Counted from the whole stretch's first letter, positions 1-12,902 are shown. The stretch is 63,136 nt of DNA, filler included, from Octopus bimaculoides (GCF_001194135.2; 5 parts of 5 records of this genome joined end to end with filler, not necessarily neighbours in it); one strand, 5' to 3'. Notes: generated by a model not told the origin, from the sequence alone. Translations and numbers: made by a program.

Positions 1-101
1 AAAAATTTGTAGTTTAGAATCAGTAGTTCTTTGACTGCTGTTTCTGAATTTTCAGTATGTTGGAGAAGCAACTCAATTGCTAATCCCTTATATTTATGAT
101 G

Positions 102-133
<32 letters not shown>

Positions 134-1098
134 CAGTCGAATTAGGTATTTAAGTTGAGGCACATTGTTAGGTTGGAATAATATACACACACAATAATCA
201 TCATCATCATCCAATGTTTTAAATCTGGGTTTTGTTCCTGTTAACAGGGGTGTCTGGATCTACCTCAATGCCATAGCAACTGAGGTAGGCAGGTGCAGCC
301 CACCCCAACCTTTGGGCTGGCTGGCTGGTACCCATTCTCCTTAGCTACCATGAAGCTTTTTTGGAGCTGGATTTTCTATGGGGAGCATGCCCTTGCTTAC
401 CCCCAGCCTCAGTTTCAAGACAATGAGTGGTGCCGAGACCAAGGCCTCTACCACGATTTTTTTAGAAATGTGGTAGAAAACTAGCTCAGGAAGGCAGGAA
501 CGCTACTTTCAGAGCCTCCCTACCATATTCTGTAAATATCAACTTTGGTACAGAAGTACCAGCAGAATGATATTCTTACAGTGCATGGAGACAATTTGAC
601 CCAGCTGAGTATAAAAGCACCCCTTGAGCTTTTCAGACTCGTACATTTTATTAAATATACAGTCCATTAATATACTTCAGAATTTATGAAGGGCATGTTC
701 TGAGATACGTGAATAAAATATAAATAAGTATTACTGGTTCATATTTATTCTTCAATTGTTACTTATATATATATAGTTTTGTTCAGAATATCGTATCCTC
801 GAGAACCGATTATCATTAAGTTTATCATCGTAAACAAAGTGAAAGTAAATTGTCCTAAAAACCGGAAGTGATCAACAATTTTAACTTGCATTACTCGGTC
901 CGCATTATTGCCTAACTTTCTTTTTGGCGCGCATTCATCGCCCTTCTATAGTCTGTGTATGAATATTATCATCAGTGACTTTCAACCGGGGTCCATATAA
1001 CATTTTTGGGGGTCAACGTAAGCTAAATAGTAAATTGAAAAATCTATGGTAGTATTCTATGGGTCCATGAAAAATTTTGCGTTAAATCAGATCCAAGC

Positions 1099-1423
1099 TT
1101 TTCCCTCGTAACTTTTAGGAAAATGGGTTTTTTTCAATGAAATTTTATAGAAATATCTTTGAAACGGCATACATTACGATTATAAAGAAATTTGTGGGGA
1201 AAATCTTTTCCAAGGGGGTGGGGAGAGGACTTCGGAAAATTCACAAAATCCGAGTTTTTCCCTCGTAACTTTTAGGAAAATGGGTCTTTTTTTTTCCAAT
1301 GAAATTTTATAGAAATACCTTTGAAACGGCATACATTACAATTATAAAGTAATTTGTGGGGAAAATCTTGAGGTGGGGAGAGGAATTTCGGAAAATTCCC
1401 CAAATCCGAATTTTTCCTCGTTA
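1099..1423. repeat. ~157-bp diverged tandem repeat, ~2.1 copies
   Basis: TTCCCTCGTAACTTT(T)AGGAAAATGGG...GAAACGGCATACATTAC recurs at ~1101 and ~1258, with a third start at ~1413. Confidence 0.85.
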
Positions 1424-2542
1424 TATTCCGAAATCACATTCAACTTTCTACAGATACCCTAGGGTAGTGCTATTACACTACGTAGTGTTTATTTTTACCC
1501 ACTTTCAATAATTTTTAGTCTTTTGGCTTCAATTTTGTTTCATTTTCAATTATTTTTACACTTTTTTAACCCTTCGTCGTTATCCTCATTCATTCGTTAT
1601 TACTTTCTCTCACTCTGTATATATACATAGAGAGATAGCTACATATATATATATACATATATACACACATAATATATATATTATTCTACCATGAATTTAC
1701 ATGTTAATATCGCTGTTTGAAACGATCGTATGCATGTATTAAAATTCTTTCAAATTTTAACATCTTCTCTTCTCCATTTTTGACAAATTTGTTGAGTTCT
1801 ATGGGATACCTTTCCATAGATTCTCATAACACACCATATATATATACGTGTGTGTTTATGCCTTCAGTATTGCTTGCAACCAGTGATGGTTTGTTTACGA
1901 CCTGTAAACTAGCAGTCCAGTAAAAGGAGATCGATGTAATAAGTATGAGACATAAAAAAGAAATACTAAACTCCAGTGGTCGATTTGGTCGACTAACCTT
2001 CAAGGCTACTGTCCAATAACTGTAACAAGATACAAGATTTTAAACTTAATATAGCTCTGGGTTAGTGGCTATTTGATCTCTAGTCGTGTCATTACGTCAG
2101 CAACAATGACTAAAATAAAACTGCTTTTTAACATTTTCAAACTTGGTTCATTGGTATAATATAGCCGTTGAACGTCTCCTCCCTATTGAGGATCACACAT
2201 TGTCGATTTTTGAAAATTTTCTTGGTCTTCTTTACACGCAAAACCCTCGCAACCACACACACTCACACACATTTTTCTTTTTTTTACGATGAAAATAAAC
2301 GAAGTTTGTTTTCGAAGCGTTATTCTCAGACGCGTGATAATGCTCATAAAAAAGGCGCGTATCGGATAAATTATCCAGACATTGCAGAAAAATACGTCTT
2401 GTCCTGTGCTGTCCATAATGTTTTTCTTAATGTAAACCATTCTGGTTAATAAAGAAATTATCATTATTATTGTTATTTTGACAAGTTTGTTGCTAGTAAC
2501 GAAATAATGCTTTATTGATTTGAAATCACGACTTTTACCTTC

Positions 2543-2547
<5 letters not shown>

Positions 2548-2584
<37 letters not shown>
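2548..2584. repeat. (CT)n microsatellite
   Basis: Direct read. Confidence 0.95.
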
Positions 2585-2591
<7 letters not shown>

Positions 2592-3420
2592 CATTTGCTA
2601 TTCTGTAGTGTTTGTCATCAGTGACTCATCTCTGTAACCTATCTGTGTATGTCTATATATAAATGGTACATACACTTTTACGGATGAAAGAAATGAATCA
2701 GTAATCTATACACACACACACACACACACACATATATGGAAAATTCAGTCTGTGGGCGTGTTTGTTTGTGGAGTTGTTAGCTAACTCCTACACCGTTTTA
2801 TCGATTTTGGTGAAACTTGACACGTGAGTAGAACTCGTGTCAGGAAACCTCATGGCATACTAAGATTGTTTAGATAAAAATCGATGATAGGGCCCCTGGG
2901 AGGGATCCTTGTATATAACTAATATATTTAATTTTAACAGCCAAGGGAAATAAACCATTTATTTTCCTATATTATTTGGTATAAGTCAAATTGAGTATGC
3001 TTATTTCTTAGTATTTGAACTGTTAGAGTTATTTTCGCAATTTATCTAGTAGAACCCTTCAACAAGTAAATAGTATTTTCCTAAACAATAGATCCCCTTA
3101 TTTCAGTTAGTGACTTACTCACGAATACACCACGGATGACGATGCCTTTCATGTCACTTCAGCCAATTGATGAGTGCTGCATGAAGAACTGTTCTGCTTT
3201 TAGACAAATGCATTGGCAACACAAAGGTCACACCCTGTTTACATGTTGGAACACCTTCTTAAAATCTGTCTGTACATCTTGAAGATTGTATATTTCACAG
3301 AAGACAATGCTTGAAACGTAGTTCTGAATCCATGAGAAACCACTTTGAAAGCTTTTCTTCAAATTATGTCCTGGGGTTGGGCCGCAGTCAAGTGACTGAA
3401 ACGTGTAAAAGAATATACAT

Positions 3421-3566
3421 AGGCTCGGCGTAGTGAGAAGCTTGCTTCCCAACCACATGGTTCCGGGTTCAGTCCCACTGTGTGGCATCTTGGGTGAGTG
3501 TCTTCTGTTATAGCCTCAGGCTGACTGAATTCTTGTGATTGGATTTGGTAGACGGAAACTAGAAGA
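3421..3566 (+). mobile_element. SINE family A (tRNA-like head), 5' part
   Basis: CACATGGTTCCGGGTTCAGTCCCACTG (B-box-like) plus GGATTTGGTAGACGGAAAC, shared with many copies in the window. Confidence 0.8.
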
Positions 3567-4510
3567 TTTCAATGTCACATTCGTTGAAAGCATGCGAAAT
3601 ANNNNNNNNNNNNNNNNNNNNNNNNNNNNNNNNNNNNNNNNNNNNNNNNNNNNNNNNNNNNNNNNNNNNNNNNNNNNNNNNNNNNNNNNNNNNNNNNNNN
3701 NNNNNNNNNNNNNNNNNNNNNNNNNNNNNNNNNNNNNNNNNNNNNNNNNNNNNNNNNNNNNNNNNNNNNNNNNNNNNNNNNNNNNNNNNNNNNNNNNNNN
3801 NNNNNNNNNNNNNNNNNNNNNNNNNNNNNNNNNNNNNNNNNNNNNNNNNNNNNNNNNNNNNNNNNNNNNNNNNNNNNNNNNNNNNNNNNNNNNNNNNNNN
3901 NNNNNNNNNNNNNNNNNNNNNNNNNNNNNNNNNNNNNNNNNNNNNNNNNNNNNNNNNNNNNNNNNNNNNNNNNNNNNNNNNNNNNNNNNNNNNNNNNNNN
4001 NNNNNNNNNNNNNNNNNNNNNNNNNNNNNNNNNNNNNNNNNNNNNNNNNNNNNNNNNNNNNNNNNNNNNNNNNNNNNNNNNNNNNNNNNNNNNNNNNNNN
4101 NNNNNNNNNNNNNNNNNNNNNNNNNNNNNNNNNNNNNNNNNNNNNNNNNNNNNNNNNNNNNNNNNNNNNNNNNNNNNNNNNNNNNNNNNNNNNNNNNNNN
4201 NNNNNNNNNNNNNNNNNNNNNNNNNNNNNNNNNNNNNNNNNNNNNNNNNNNNNNNNNNNNNNNNNNNNNNNNNNNNNNNNNNNNNNNNNNNNNNNNNNNN
4301 NNNNNNNNNNNNNNNNNNNNNNNNNNNNNNNNNNNNNNNNNNNNNNNNNNNNNNNNNNNNNNNNNNNNNNNNNNNNNNNNNNNNNNNNNNNNNNNNNNNN
4401 NNNNNNNNNNNNNNNNNNNNNNNNNNNNNNNNNNNNNNNNNNNNATATATATGTGTGTGTGTGTGTGTGTATGTGTGTGTGTGTGTGTGTGTATACATAC
4501 ATACACTTAT

Positions 4511-4812
4511 AGCACTCTGTCAGTTACAATGACAAGGGTTCCAGTTGATCCAATCAATGGAACAGCCTGCTCTTGAAATTAACGTGCAAGTGGTTCAGCA
4601 CTCCACAGACACATGTACCCTTAACGTAGTTCTTAGGGAGATTCAGTGAGACACAGTGGGACAAGGCTGGCCCCTTTGAAATATTTTGCCAGCTGAGTAG
4701 ACTGGAGCAACGTGAAATAAAGGGTCTTGCTCAAGGGAGCACAACCCTGTCTGGGAATCGAACTCACTGCTTTCTGACTGAGACCGATGTTCTCACCACT
4801 GAGCCACGCACT
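4511..4812 (-). mobile_element. SINE family B variant (B body, different head)
   Basis: GGGTTCCAGTTGATCC...AAATTAACGTGCAAGTGG...CCTTAACGTAGTTCT shared with the copies at 15004, 40790, 44900 and 56350. Confidence 0.8.
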
Positions 4813-5155
4813 TTCGCTTGTATTAAGACATTCAGTAATCACAGTTATTTTATTTGTACGCCATTGTTTTGTTTTGTTGTTGTTGTTGTCTTTTATAGTT
4901 CAGTCTGCTGTTATGACCTTGGTCTTTGAAGTTGTGTTTTTAAATTAGAATAATAAATGAACGAATTAACGACTCAGACATCGTTGTGGAGAGACAGAAC
5001 AAACAAAGAAATGATACAATAATGATTTAATTTGGTTTCCTTTTAAACGTAATGGTTTCGCTTTTGCTGGCATTTCTAAACGAGTGATTTGCATTGTCAC
5101 CACAAAAAAGCAGACGAACGATTACGAACTTTGTGGTATTACAAGTAATACCTCT

Positions 5156-5407
5156 TACTTTGTTTCAATCATTTGATACTGCGGGCCAAGGTGGAGCACT
5201 GCCTTCCTGGCTTTCAGCCGAGCACATTGGCGCCAGTACTTATTGTTTTATAGGTGTGGTGCTCTACTTATTTCGTTGGTCTGTTTTTGTCAAATCTCTA
5301 AGTTACAGGAATGTAAATAAACCAACTCTGGTTGTCAGGCGGTGGTGGTGGTGGTGGTGGTGGTGGTGGGACACTTACACAAAAAGAACTTGCTAACCAC
5401 ACAGCCA
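5156..5407 (-). mobile_element. SINE family A, degenerate
   Basis: Reverse-complement similarity to the family A 3' body and head. Confidence 0.6.
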
Positions 5408-6340
5408 ATCTTACATTTATAATTTGCATAATCTTAACTTCTGCCATGACTATGCAAGTTATGTTGTAGCCGAATACTTCGTNNNNNNNNNNNNNNNNNN
5501 NNNNNNNNNNNNNNNNNNNNNNNNNNNNNNNNNNNNNNNNNNNNNNNNNNNNNNNNNNNNNNNNNNNNNNNNNNNNNNNNNNNNNNNNNNNNNNNNNNNN
5601 NNNNNNNNNNNNNNNNNNNNNNNNNNNNNNNNNNNNNNNNNNNNNNNNNNNNNNNNNNNNNNNNNNNNNNNNNNNNNNNNNNNNNNNNNNNNNNNNNNNN
5701 NNNNNNNNNNNNNNNNNNNNNNNNNNNNNNNNNNNNNNNNNNNNNNNNNNNNNNNNNNNNNNNNNNNNNNNNNNNNNNNNNNNNNNNNNNNNNNNNNNNN
5801 NNNNNNNNNNNNNNNNNNNNNNNNNNNNNNNNNNNNNNNNNNNNNNNNNNNNNNNNNNNNNNNNNNNNNNNNNNNNNNNNNNNNNNNNNNNNNNNNNNNN
5901 NNNNNNNNNNNNNNNNNNNNNNNNNNNNNNNNNNNNNNNNNNNNNNNNNNNNNNNNNNNNNNNNNNNNNNNNNNNNNNNNNNNNNNNNNNNNNNNNNNNN
6001 NNNNNNNNNNNNNNNNNNNNNNNNNNNNNNNNNNNNNNNNNNNNNNNNNNNNNNNNNNNNNNNNNNNNNNNNNNNNNNNNNNNNNNNNNNNNNNNNNNNN
6101 NNNNNNNNNNNNNNNNNNNNNNNNNNNNNNNNNNNNNNNNNNNNNNNNNNNNNNNNNNNNNNNNNNNNNNNNNNNNNNNNNNNNNNNNNNNNNNNNNNNN
6201 NNNNNNNNNNNNNNNNNNNNNNNNNNNNNNNNNNNNNNNNNNNNNNNNNNNNNNNNNNNNNNNNNNNNNNNNNNNNNNNNNNNNNNNNNNNNNNNNNNNN
6301 NNNNNNNNNNNNNNNNNNNNNNNNNNNNNNNNNNNNNNNN

Positions 6341-6397
<57 letters not shown>

Positions 6398-6425
6398 CCA
6401 CGGGCATATGGCGTAATTTCCCCAA

Positions 6426-6471
6426 GACACCTGATGAAGGTTGGAGGATGTATCAGCTGAAACGTTGTGTT
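6426..6471 (+). ncRNA. Minimal type I hammerhead-ribozyme-like motif in a Penelope-type pLTR repeat
   Basis: GACAC-CTGATGA-A-GGTTG(loop)CAGCT-GAAA-CGTT-GTGTT. Core CUGAUGA and GAAA, helix I ACAC/GTGT, 5-bp helix II with wobbles, palindromic ACGT helix III, GUU triplet. Confidence 0.55.
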
Positions 6472-7299
6472 AACAACAAACAAGATGAGGACAAATATCT
6501 GTCAAATGTAAATAATGTAAATAATGTACATAATTCCTCATCTCTTAAACATAGAACTGTATCAGTTAGCATATTAACCCTGTCACACCGTGTTCCTTGT
6601 ACAGTGGGGATAGTATAAACGAAATCCCTACCGGATTCCCATTAAATCTGTGGTAATGAGCAATAAATGTAGAAAAAGAAGTGAAAATACTAAAGTTAGA
6701 CAACTGATCCACATTGTAGCTTTGTAATTGTGTCTGCGACTCATTGTTAATGGTGTTTCCCAAAGATGTCATTTACTTTCGTTTTCAGTCGACAAAACAA
6801 CTGAAACAAGTGTGTGACGGACCCTGCACCTATTGGAATTGTGCAAGGGCTAAATTCTTTGCAGTCAGGGTATTGTTTGATAAGAATACTACTAACTTGG
6901 GGGTACTTTTCAGTTAGGATACTAGTGGGTGAGGGTATAGTTTGATAGCAGTACTTCTCAATCGGGGTATGGTTTATCAAAAGAGTCTTTGGCGAGAGTC
7001 AACTCACAGCTAAACAATGGACAAGGTCAAGAATGATATCAGGTTTTTTTTTACTTTTCAGTTTTTGTGAAACTTATATTCTCACGGAGTGATTCAAATA
7101 TCCGTGACTGACACCATTGTATGTCTGTAGAGTCTGGTTCCATTACAATTGACCAATTGTTCCAATGAGAACAGCAAAACTATTAAAACATCCGTTTTCA
7201 CAAATCGAATCTTGAAAGAATGTTTTTTTCTTTTTTCTGCATTTATATATTTCCTGTTTTTCTAGTTTTGCTGTCGTTACTGTTGTCATTGCTGCTGCT

Positions 7300-7520
7300 G
7301 CTACTGCTGCTGCTGCTACTACTCCTTTTCTTCTCATTCTTCACCTTCACCTTCTTGTTCTTTCTCTTTACCTTCTACTTCTTCCTCTTTTTCTTTCTCT
7401 TTACCTTCTACTTCTTCCTCTTTTTCTTTCTCTTTTCCTTCCTTCCTTCCTTCTCCTCCTCCTCTTCCACTACCACAACCACCATTGCTGCCACACCACC
7501 ACCACCACCACCATCACGAT
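7300..7520. repeat. Pyrimidine-rich and (CCA)n low-complexity tract
   Basis: Direct read. Confidence 0.9.
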
Positions 7521-7779
7521 CATAGATACCATCAACATCCTTATTATTGTTGTTGTTATTGTTATTTTTATTCCATTTTCTGGATTTATATGCATATGTG
7601 TATACTTTTATAGTTTTATTTGCTTTATTCATTTGACTGTGACCGTATATATACGGTGCGTATGTGTGTATATATATATATATATATATGTATATACACG
7701 CACACACACATATATATATCTATATACATATCTATTTCTCAATCTATTTACCAATTGTCTTTCTTCCGTCTCGTTGCAG

Positions 7780-8856
7780 ATGAGACGATTCCGGTCATCT
7801 CAGAGTCAATGTTGTTGCTGTGTCGTTGCCATCCTGTTGTCGCTAGGGAGTGTGATATTGACCGGTATCGGAGTGTGCGTGATCCTGAAATATGTCATGA
7901 TTCGGACGGATTTACTACTTCCAGAGCTACAGAACCACGACGGTCAAAAGATCGTTGGCATCATTCTCACCTCTGTCGGGGTTTTGGGCATAATTATCAG
8001 TGCCATAGTTGCAATTCTTTACTTCACAGTGTGTCACGAAAGTCGGAGTGGACAGCCCGCTGTTGCACAGAAAATATGCAAGAATGGTATCAAAGAAAAT
8101 TCAAATTCACCTGCCACACCAAAAACGGAGGCCAATGGCCAAAACAAATTCCATAATTCCCATCTCCACCCGCCGAAATCCCCTACCAAGATGCAACCCT
8201 TCAAACCTAAATCTCCATTTGGTGGCGAGAGAATGGTCTCTGCCAAACCCATTTCCACTATTGGGGTTCCCCTGACTTCGACGCCGAGGAGAATGCGGGG
8301 CGCCAAAAATGGCCGTCCACTCTCTTCGAATTTGGACATTGTCGAAGAAGTCGACAGCGATGTTCCGTTACCACTGTTGCAAATCAATGGCATAGATATC
8401 GGTCTGACGAACGGTCGTAAATGTGTCGACAACGTTATCCATAATGGACAGAACGATGTATTGAGACCAATTCTGAAATCTTCTTCCAACACCACCACCA
8501 CCACCACCACCATCACTACTGCTACTAACACACTTGTAACTAGCAACAACATAGCATCCACCAATTCTATAGCAGCTGCTGCTACTTCAAATACTAACTC
8601 TGTTTCTAGGTCTTTATTTTCAATGAAAAACATTCCGGACTCCTCCACTGACAACAATCACAACAACAACAACAATACAACTACCACCGTAACATCTGCA
8701 TCAAGCAGTTCCCATACTTCATCTGTACATTCAAAGCCCTACCACGATAGCACCACCACCACCACCATTACAGACCTTGACCAATCAAATTGTGATTCAG
8801 ACCAAGATATACAAACACACGATTCAGATTGTGAAATAACATCAAGCAGACTATAA
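7780..8856 (+). CDS. Uncharacterised two-pass membrane protein (358 aa; CCCC motif, 2 TM helices, Ser/Thr/Asn-rich tail), single large coding exon
   Basis: 1077-nt open frame in otherwise stop-rich DNA. It begins right after a polypyrimidine-tract acceptor (TTCTTCCGTCTCGTTGCAG|ATG). Two ~25-residue hydrophobic segments are separated by a ~17-aa loop. The ATG may be internal if upstream coding exons exist. Confidence 0.85.
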   Translation: MRRFRSSQSQCCCCVVAILLSLGSVILTGIGVCVILKYVMIRTDLLLPELQNHDGQKIVGIILTSVGVLGIIISAIVAILYFTVCHESRSGQPAVAQKICKNGIKENSNSPATPKTEANGQNKFHNSHLHPPKSPTKMQPFKPKSPFGGERMVSAKPISTIGVPLTSTPRRMRGAKNGRPLSSNLDIVEEVDSDVPLPLLQINGIDIGLTNGRKCVDNVIHNGQNDVLRPILKSSSNTTTTTTTITTATNTLVTSNNIASTNSIAAAATSNTNSVSRSLFSMKNIPDSSTDNNHNNNNNTTTTVTSASSSSHTSSVHSKPYHDSTTTTTITDLDQSNCDSDQDIQTHDSDCEITSSRL

Positions 8857-9093
8857 TACTTGTGTGTGTGTGTGTGTGTTTGTGTCTCAGTGCGTGTGTG
8901 TCTCAGTGTGTGTGTGTGTCTCAGTGTGTATGTGTCTCGGTGTGTGTGTGTCTCAGTTCGTGTGTGCGTGTGCCAAATTCTAACATACTAATTGATTTTC
9001 TTCCTCAAAATGCAACGCCAAGAGATTTGGTTATCAATGTTATTATTATTATTATTATTATCTTTATTATTATTATTATTGTTGTTGTTTAAT

Positions 9094-9650
9094 GTGGCGA
9101 GCTGGCGGAATCATTAGCATGCCGGACGAAATGCTTTGCAGTATTTTGTCTGTCTTCATGTTCTGAGTTCAAATTGTGCCGAGGTTGCCTTTTGTCCTTT
9201 TGGAATTGATGAATTAAATACCAGTTGAGTACTGGGGTCGATGTGGCCGACTGTCCCCCTCTCCACAAAATCCAGGCCTTGTGCCTATAGTAGAAAGGAT
9301 TATTATTATTATTATTAAGCATAAGCATGTAATAAACATCCTTTTATCCTTTTGGGGTTGATAAAATAAGTACCAGCTATGCACTGGGATCACTGTAATT
9401 GACTACCCCCCCCCCCAAATCTCCTTATAGCAGAAAGTACTGTTATTATTCTGTTTTTCAGTTTTGAGTTTGAATTCTGTTCAAGTCAACTTTGCCTTAC
9501 ATCCTTTGGTGGCCGAAATAAATACCAGCTGGGCACTGAGGTTGATGTAAACAAGTAGCCCCTCCCCTCAAATTTCAGGCCTTGTGCTTATAATAGAAAG
9601 GATTATTATTTATTATCAAAATCTATTATTATTATTATCGAAGCCTGTTA
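9094..9650 (+). mobile_element. Cluster of SINE family C copies (one near-full, two partial) with (ATT)n tails
   Basis: GGCGAGCTGGCGGAATCATTAGCA...TTCTGAGTTCAAATT...TTTGCCTT...TAAATACCAG repeated at ~9094, ~9340 and ~9460. Confidence 0.8.
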
Positions 9651-10103
9651 TTATTATCGAAGCTCTGATTTCAAATCCCTTCGATGTTGGTATTTTTATA
9701 GTTTTTGTAATCGTACCTGAGTGGAGGGGTGAGGTGGAAGGGAGGGGGGGGGGCTATTTACTTCTCATCTCTGAAGTGCTTTCATATTTAAATACAAAAC
9801 GGTGAGCTGGCAGAATCATCGGCTCTTTGAATTCTGATTTAAAATGCTGTCAAGGTAGACTTTGCCTTTTNNNNNNNNNNNNNNNNNNNNNNNNNNNNNN
9901 NNNNNNNNNNNNNNNNNNNNNNNNNNNNNNNNNNNNNNNNNNNNNNNNNNNNNNNNNNNNNNNNNNNNNNNNNNNNNNNNNNNNNNNNNNNNNNNNNNNN
10001 NNNNNNNNNNNNNNNNNNNNNNNNNNNNNNNNNNNNNNNNNNNNNNNNNNNNNNNNNNNNNNNNNNNNNNNNNNNNNNNNNNNNNNNNNNNNNNNNATTA
10101 ATT

Positions 10104-10324
10104 ACTCCTTTACTCTTTTACTTGTTTCAGCCATTCGACTGTGGCCATGCTGGAGCTCCGCCTTTAGTCGAACAAATCGACCCCAGGACTTATTCTTTGT
10201 AAGCCTAGTACTTATTCTATCGGTCTCTTTTGCCGAACCACTAAGTTACAGGGACGTAAACACACCACCATCGGTTGTCAAGCAATGTTGGGAAGTGAGG
10301 GACAACACAGACACACAAATACAT

Positions 10325-10355
<31 letters not shown>

Positions 10356-10492
10356 CATACATACGACGGGCTTCTTTCAGTTTCCGTCTACCAAATCCAC
10401 TCACAAGGCTTTGATCGGCCCGAGGCTATAGTAGAAGACACTTGTCCAAGTGCCACGCAGTGGGAATGAACCCAGAACCATGTGGTTGGTAA
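10104..10492 (-). mobile_element. SINE family A, near full length
   Basis: Reverse complement of the 42327/49510/53835 copies, including the internal (CA)/(TA) microsatellite. Confidence 0.9.
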
Positions 10493-10574
10493 AAGATGAT
10501 ATTTACATATAAAAAAATTAATTATATAAATATTTAAATATAAAAAAAATACTTCAATATTTGCTTCTGCATTG

Positions 10575-10787
10575 AGGGTGACGAGTTGGTGCAATCATTA
10601 ACATGCCAAGCAAAATGGTCAGCGACATTTTGCTGTCTTTATGTTCTGAGTTCAAATTCCACCAGGGTTCGTTTTGCCTTTCATCCTTTCAGGATCGATA
10701 AAATAAGTACCAGTTAAACACTGGGGTCAATGTAATTGATTTACCCCCTCCCCCCAAATTGCTGGCTTTGTGCTAGAATTTGAAACC
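10575..10787 (+). mobile_element. SINE family C
   Basis: TTCTGAGTTCAAATTCCACC...TTTGCCTTTCATCCTTTC...GATAAAATAAGTACCAG. Confidence 0.8.
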
Positions 10788-10929
10788 TGTATTTGCATCT
10801 GCACTGCATTTCAATTGATTTGATCTCCAATTGTCATAGCATGCCACATTCTTAAATGTGTGTGCATAGGTGGATAGCACAGAACTGGAGTTAAACTTGA
10901 GGCTAATTAAATTTTAATAAATTCTTCAT

Positions 10930-11270
10930 TATCTTTAAAATTAATCGAATCAAAAGCGTTCTAAATTAAAACTTTTCATCATAATTTTATGTTATTTCTT
11001 TACGCAAACACCAGCTTAATAATGATAGAATTATTTTACCAAATTCATTATTTTCAAAATTACTTGGAACAAATGTAGTGTTTATCTACAGAAATATGGT
11101 AACAAAAGGGTTAAAGTGATCTAAATTAAAACCTTCTTACAAAGTTTTGTGTTTATTTATGTTCCAAACACCAACTTAATAACAACAAAGTTGTTTTACT
11201 AAATTGTTGATTATTTTCAAAATATTTGAAACCAAGTAAATTTCAACAGAATTATGGTAACGAAACGGTC
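10930..11270. repeat. ~160-bp diverged tandem duplication
   Basis: CTAAATTAAAAC at 10961 and 11121; CAAACACCA(G/A)CTTAATAA and ATGGTAAC repeated with the same period. Confidence 0.75.
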
Positions 11271-12190
11271 AATCAGCTGTTTTGAATAAACTGTCCACAT
11301 ACTGGTCTTTGACAACAGAATGACAATCAGAAATTCTCAGTCTTGTTTGTGGTTCCACTATTTTTGTTTTGTTTTGTTTTGTCTGTTTGTGGTTGGTGTG
11401 TGAAGGCACTTGTCTGTTGTGGCTGCGGTGGTGCAACCACAACCACAAGATCATGATTTCAATTCTCAGACCAGGTGGTTCATTGTGCTTTTGAGGAAAA
11501 CCCATGACGACTCCATTGATGCAGTCCTCAGACCTGTCAGGGTGTGTCAAATCTCCAAAGGCATGCCTGCACCACACAAGGACATCCAATGATGTTGTTG
11601 TTGATGATGATAATTACCAGAGTCTCGAGGCACCTACAAAAGCCGTGGGCACTAAAGCTTCTTGGTGGCTCCCCCATGATGCAGTCCTCAAAACCATCAG
11701 ATCCTTATAAGCTATCCAACCCATGCTAGCATGAAACAAGAACATTAAATAAATGATGATGATGATGATGAATCCTACTGATTCAGTATCCCTACAAGGG
11801 CGATGTGTACTGCCATTGCCACTCCCAAACCTAACAAAAAAAAAACCCTAGTAAAACTAAATATTTTTTTTCAAATATGATGTGTATCTATTAACAAATA
11901 TGCTGTACGGTGTTATCAACAATTAACATCCCTTACTTATTATCAAATTTCTAACTACTCAGGAAAACTAATATTGTAAAGCAGTGATTCCCAATCTTTT
12001 ACAATCACAACTTATTTGAGTGAATCATTAATCTTCTAAGACTTATTTTTTAAATTAACAAATCCCAGAAACGGTGCATTTTACGTTTTATACTTAATTT
12101 TTGAAAAATATTTCCTTCATTTTCGTTTGCAGTAAATGTTGTGTTTGTAACCTGTATGTCTATGGTTTTTATTTATTTTTTTATTTTTGT

Positions 12191-12554
12191 TTCCGTCATT
12201 GCACTTCAGCCATGCTGGAGCACCACCTTGAAAGGTTTAGTTAAATAAATCAAACCCCAGTACTTATTGAGTCGAGTATTTATTCTACCTCTTATTCATC
12301 CTCTTTTGTTGAGCTAAGTTACGAGGATATAAATAAACCAACACTGGTTGTCATGTGGTGAAAAAAGGACAAACACAAAGACCCACTACACACACAACAG
12401 GCTTCTTTCAGTTTCTGTCTACCAAACCCACTCACAAGGTTTTTGTTGGCTCAGGGCTATAGTAGAAGTCACTTACCCAAGGTGCCATGCAATGGGAGTG
12501 AACCTGGAACCATGTGGCTGGTTAGTAAATGTGTTACCACACACCTGTGCCTGC
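12191..12554 (-). mobile_element. SINE family A
   Basis: Reverse complement of the family A consensus seen in this window. Confidence 0.8.
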
Positions 12555-12559
12555 ACCTG

Positions 12560-12880
12560 TGCATCCTGGTGTTCTGTCAGTTATAAGGACGAGGGTTCCA
12601 GTTGATCCAATGAACGGAACAGCCTGCTCATGAAATTAACATGCAAGTGGCTGAGCACTCCACAGACACACGATCCCTTAACGTAGTTTTCGGGTAGATT
12701 CAGCATGACACAGAATGTGACACAGTGGGCCCTTGTGAATTACAGGTACAACCTATTTTTGCCAGCTGAGTGGACTGGAGCAATGTGAAATAAAGTGTCT
12801 TGCTCAAGGACACAACTTGGCACCAGGATTTGAACTCCTGCCCTTACAATTGTGAGCTGAATGCGATAACCACTAAACTA
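12560..12880 (-). mobile_element. SINE family B variant
   Basis: Homologous to 4511-4812. Confidence 0.8.
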
Positions 12881-12902
12881 TCAACCTATGTGTATAACAT
12901 AT

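Noticed and set aside
6788-6870. Possible small exon after TTTTCAG (STKQLKQVCDGPCTYWNC...)
   Set aside because: No recognisable domain and no convincing donor; no independent support.
8034-8657. 207-aa antisense ORF overlapping the membrane-protein exon
   Set aside because: Shadow ORF of a codon-biased, trinucleotide-rich sense CDS.
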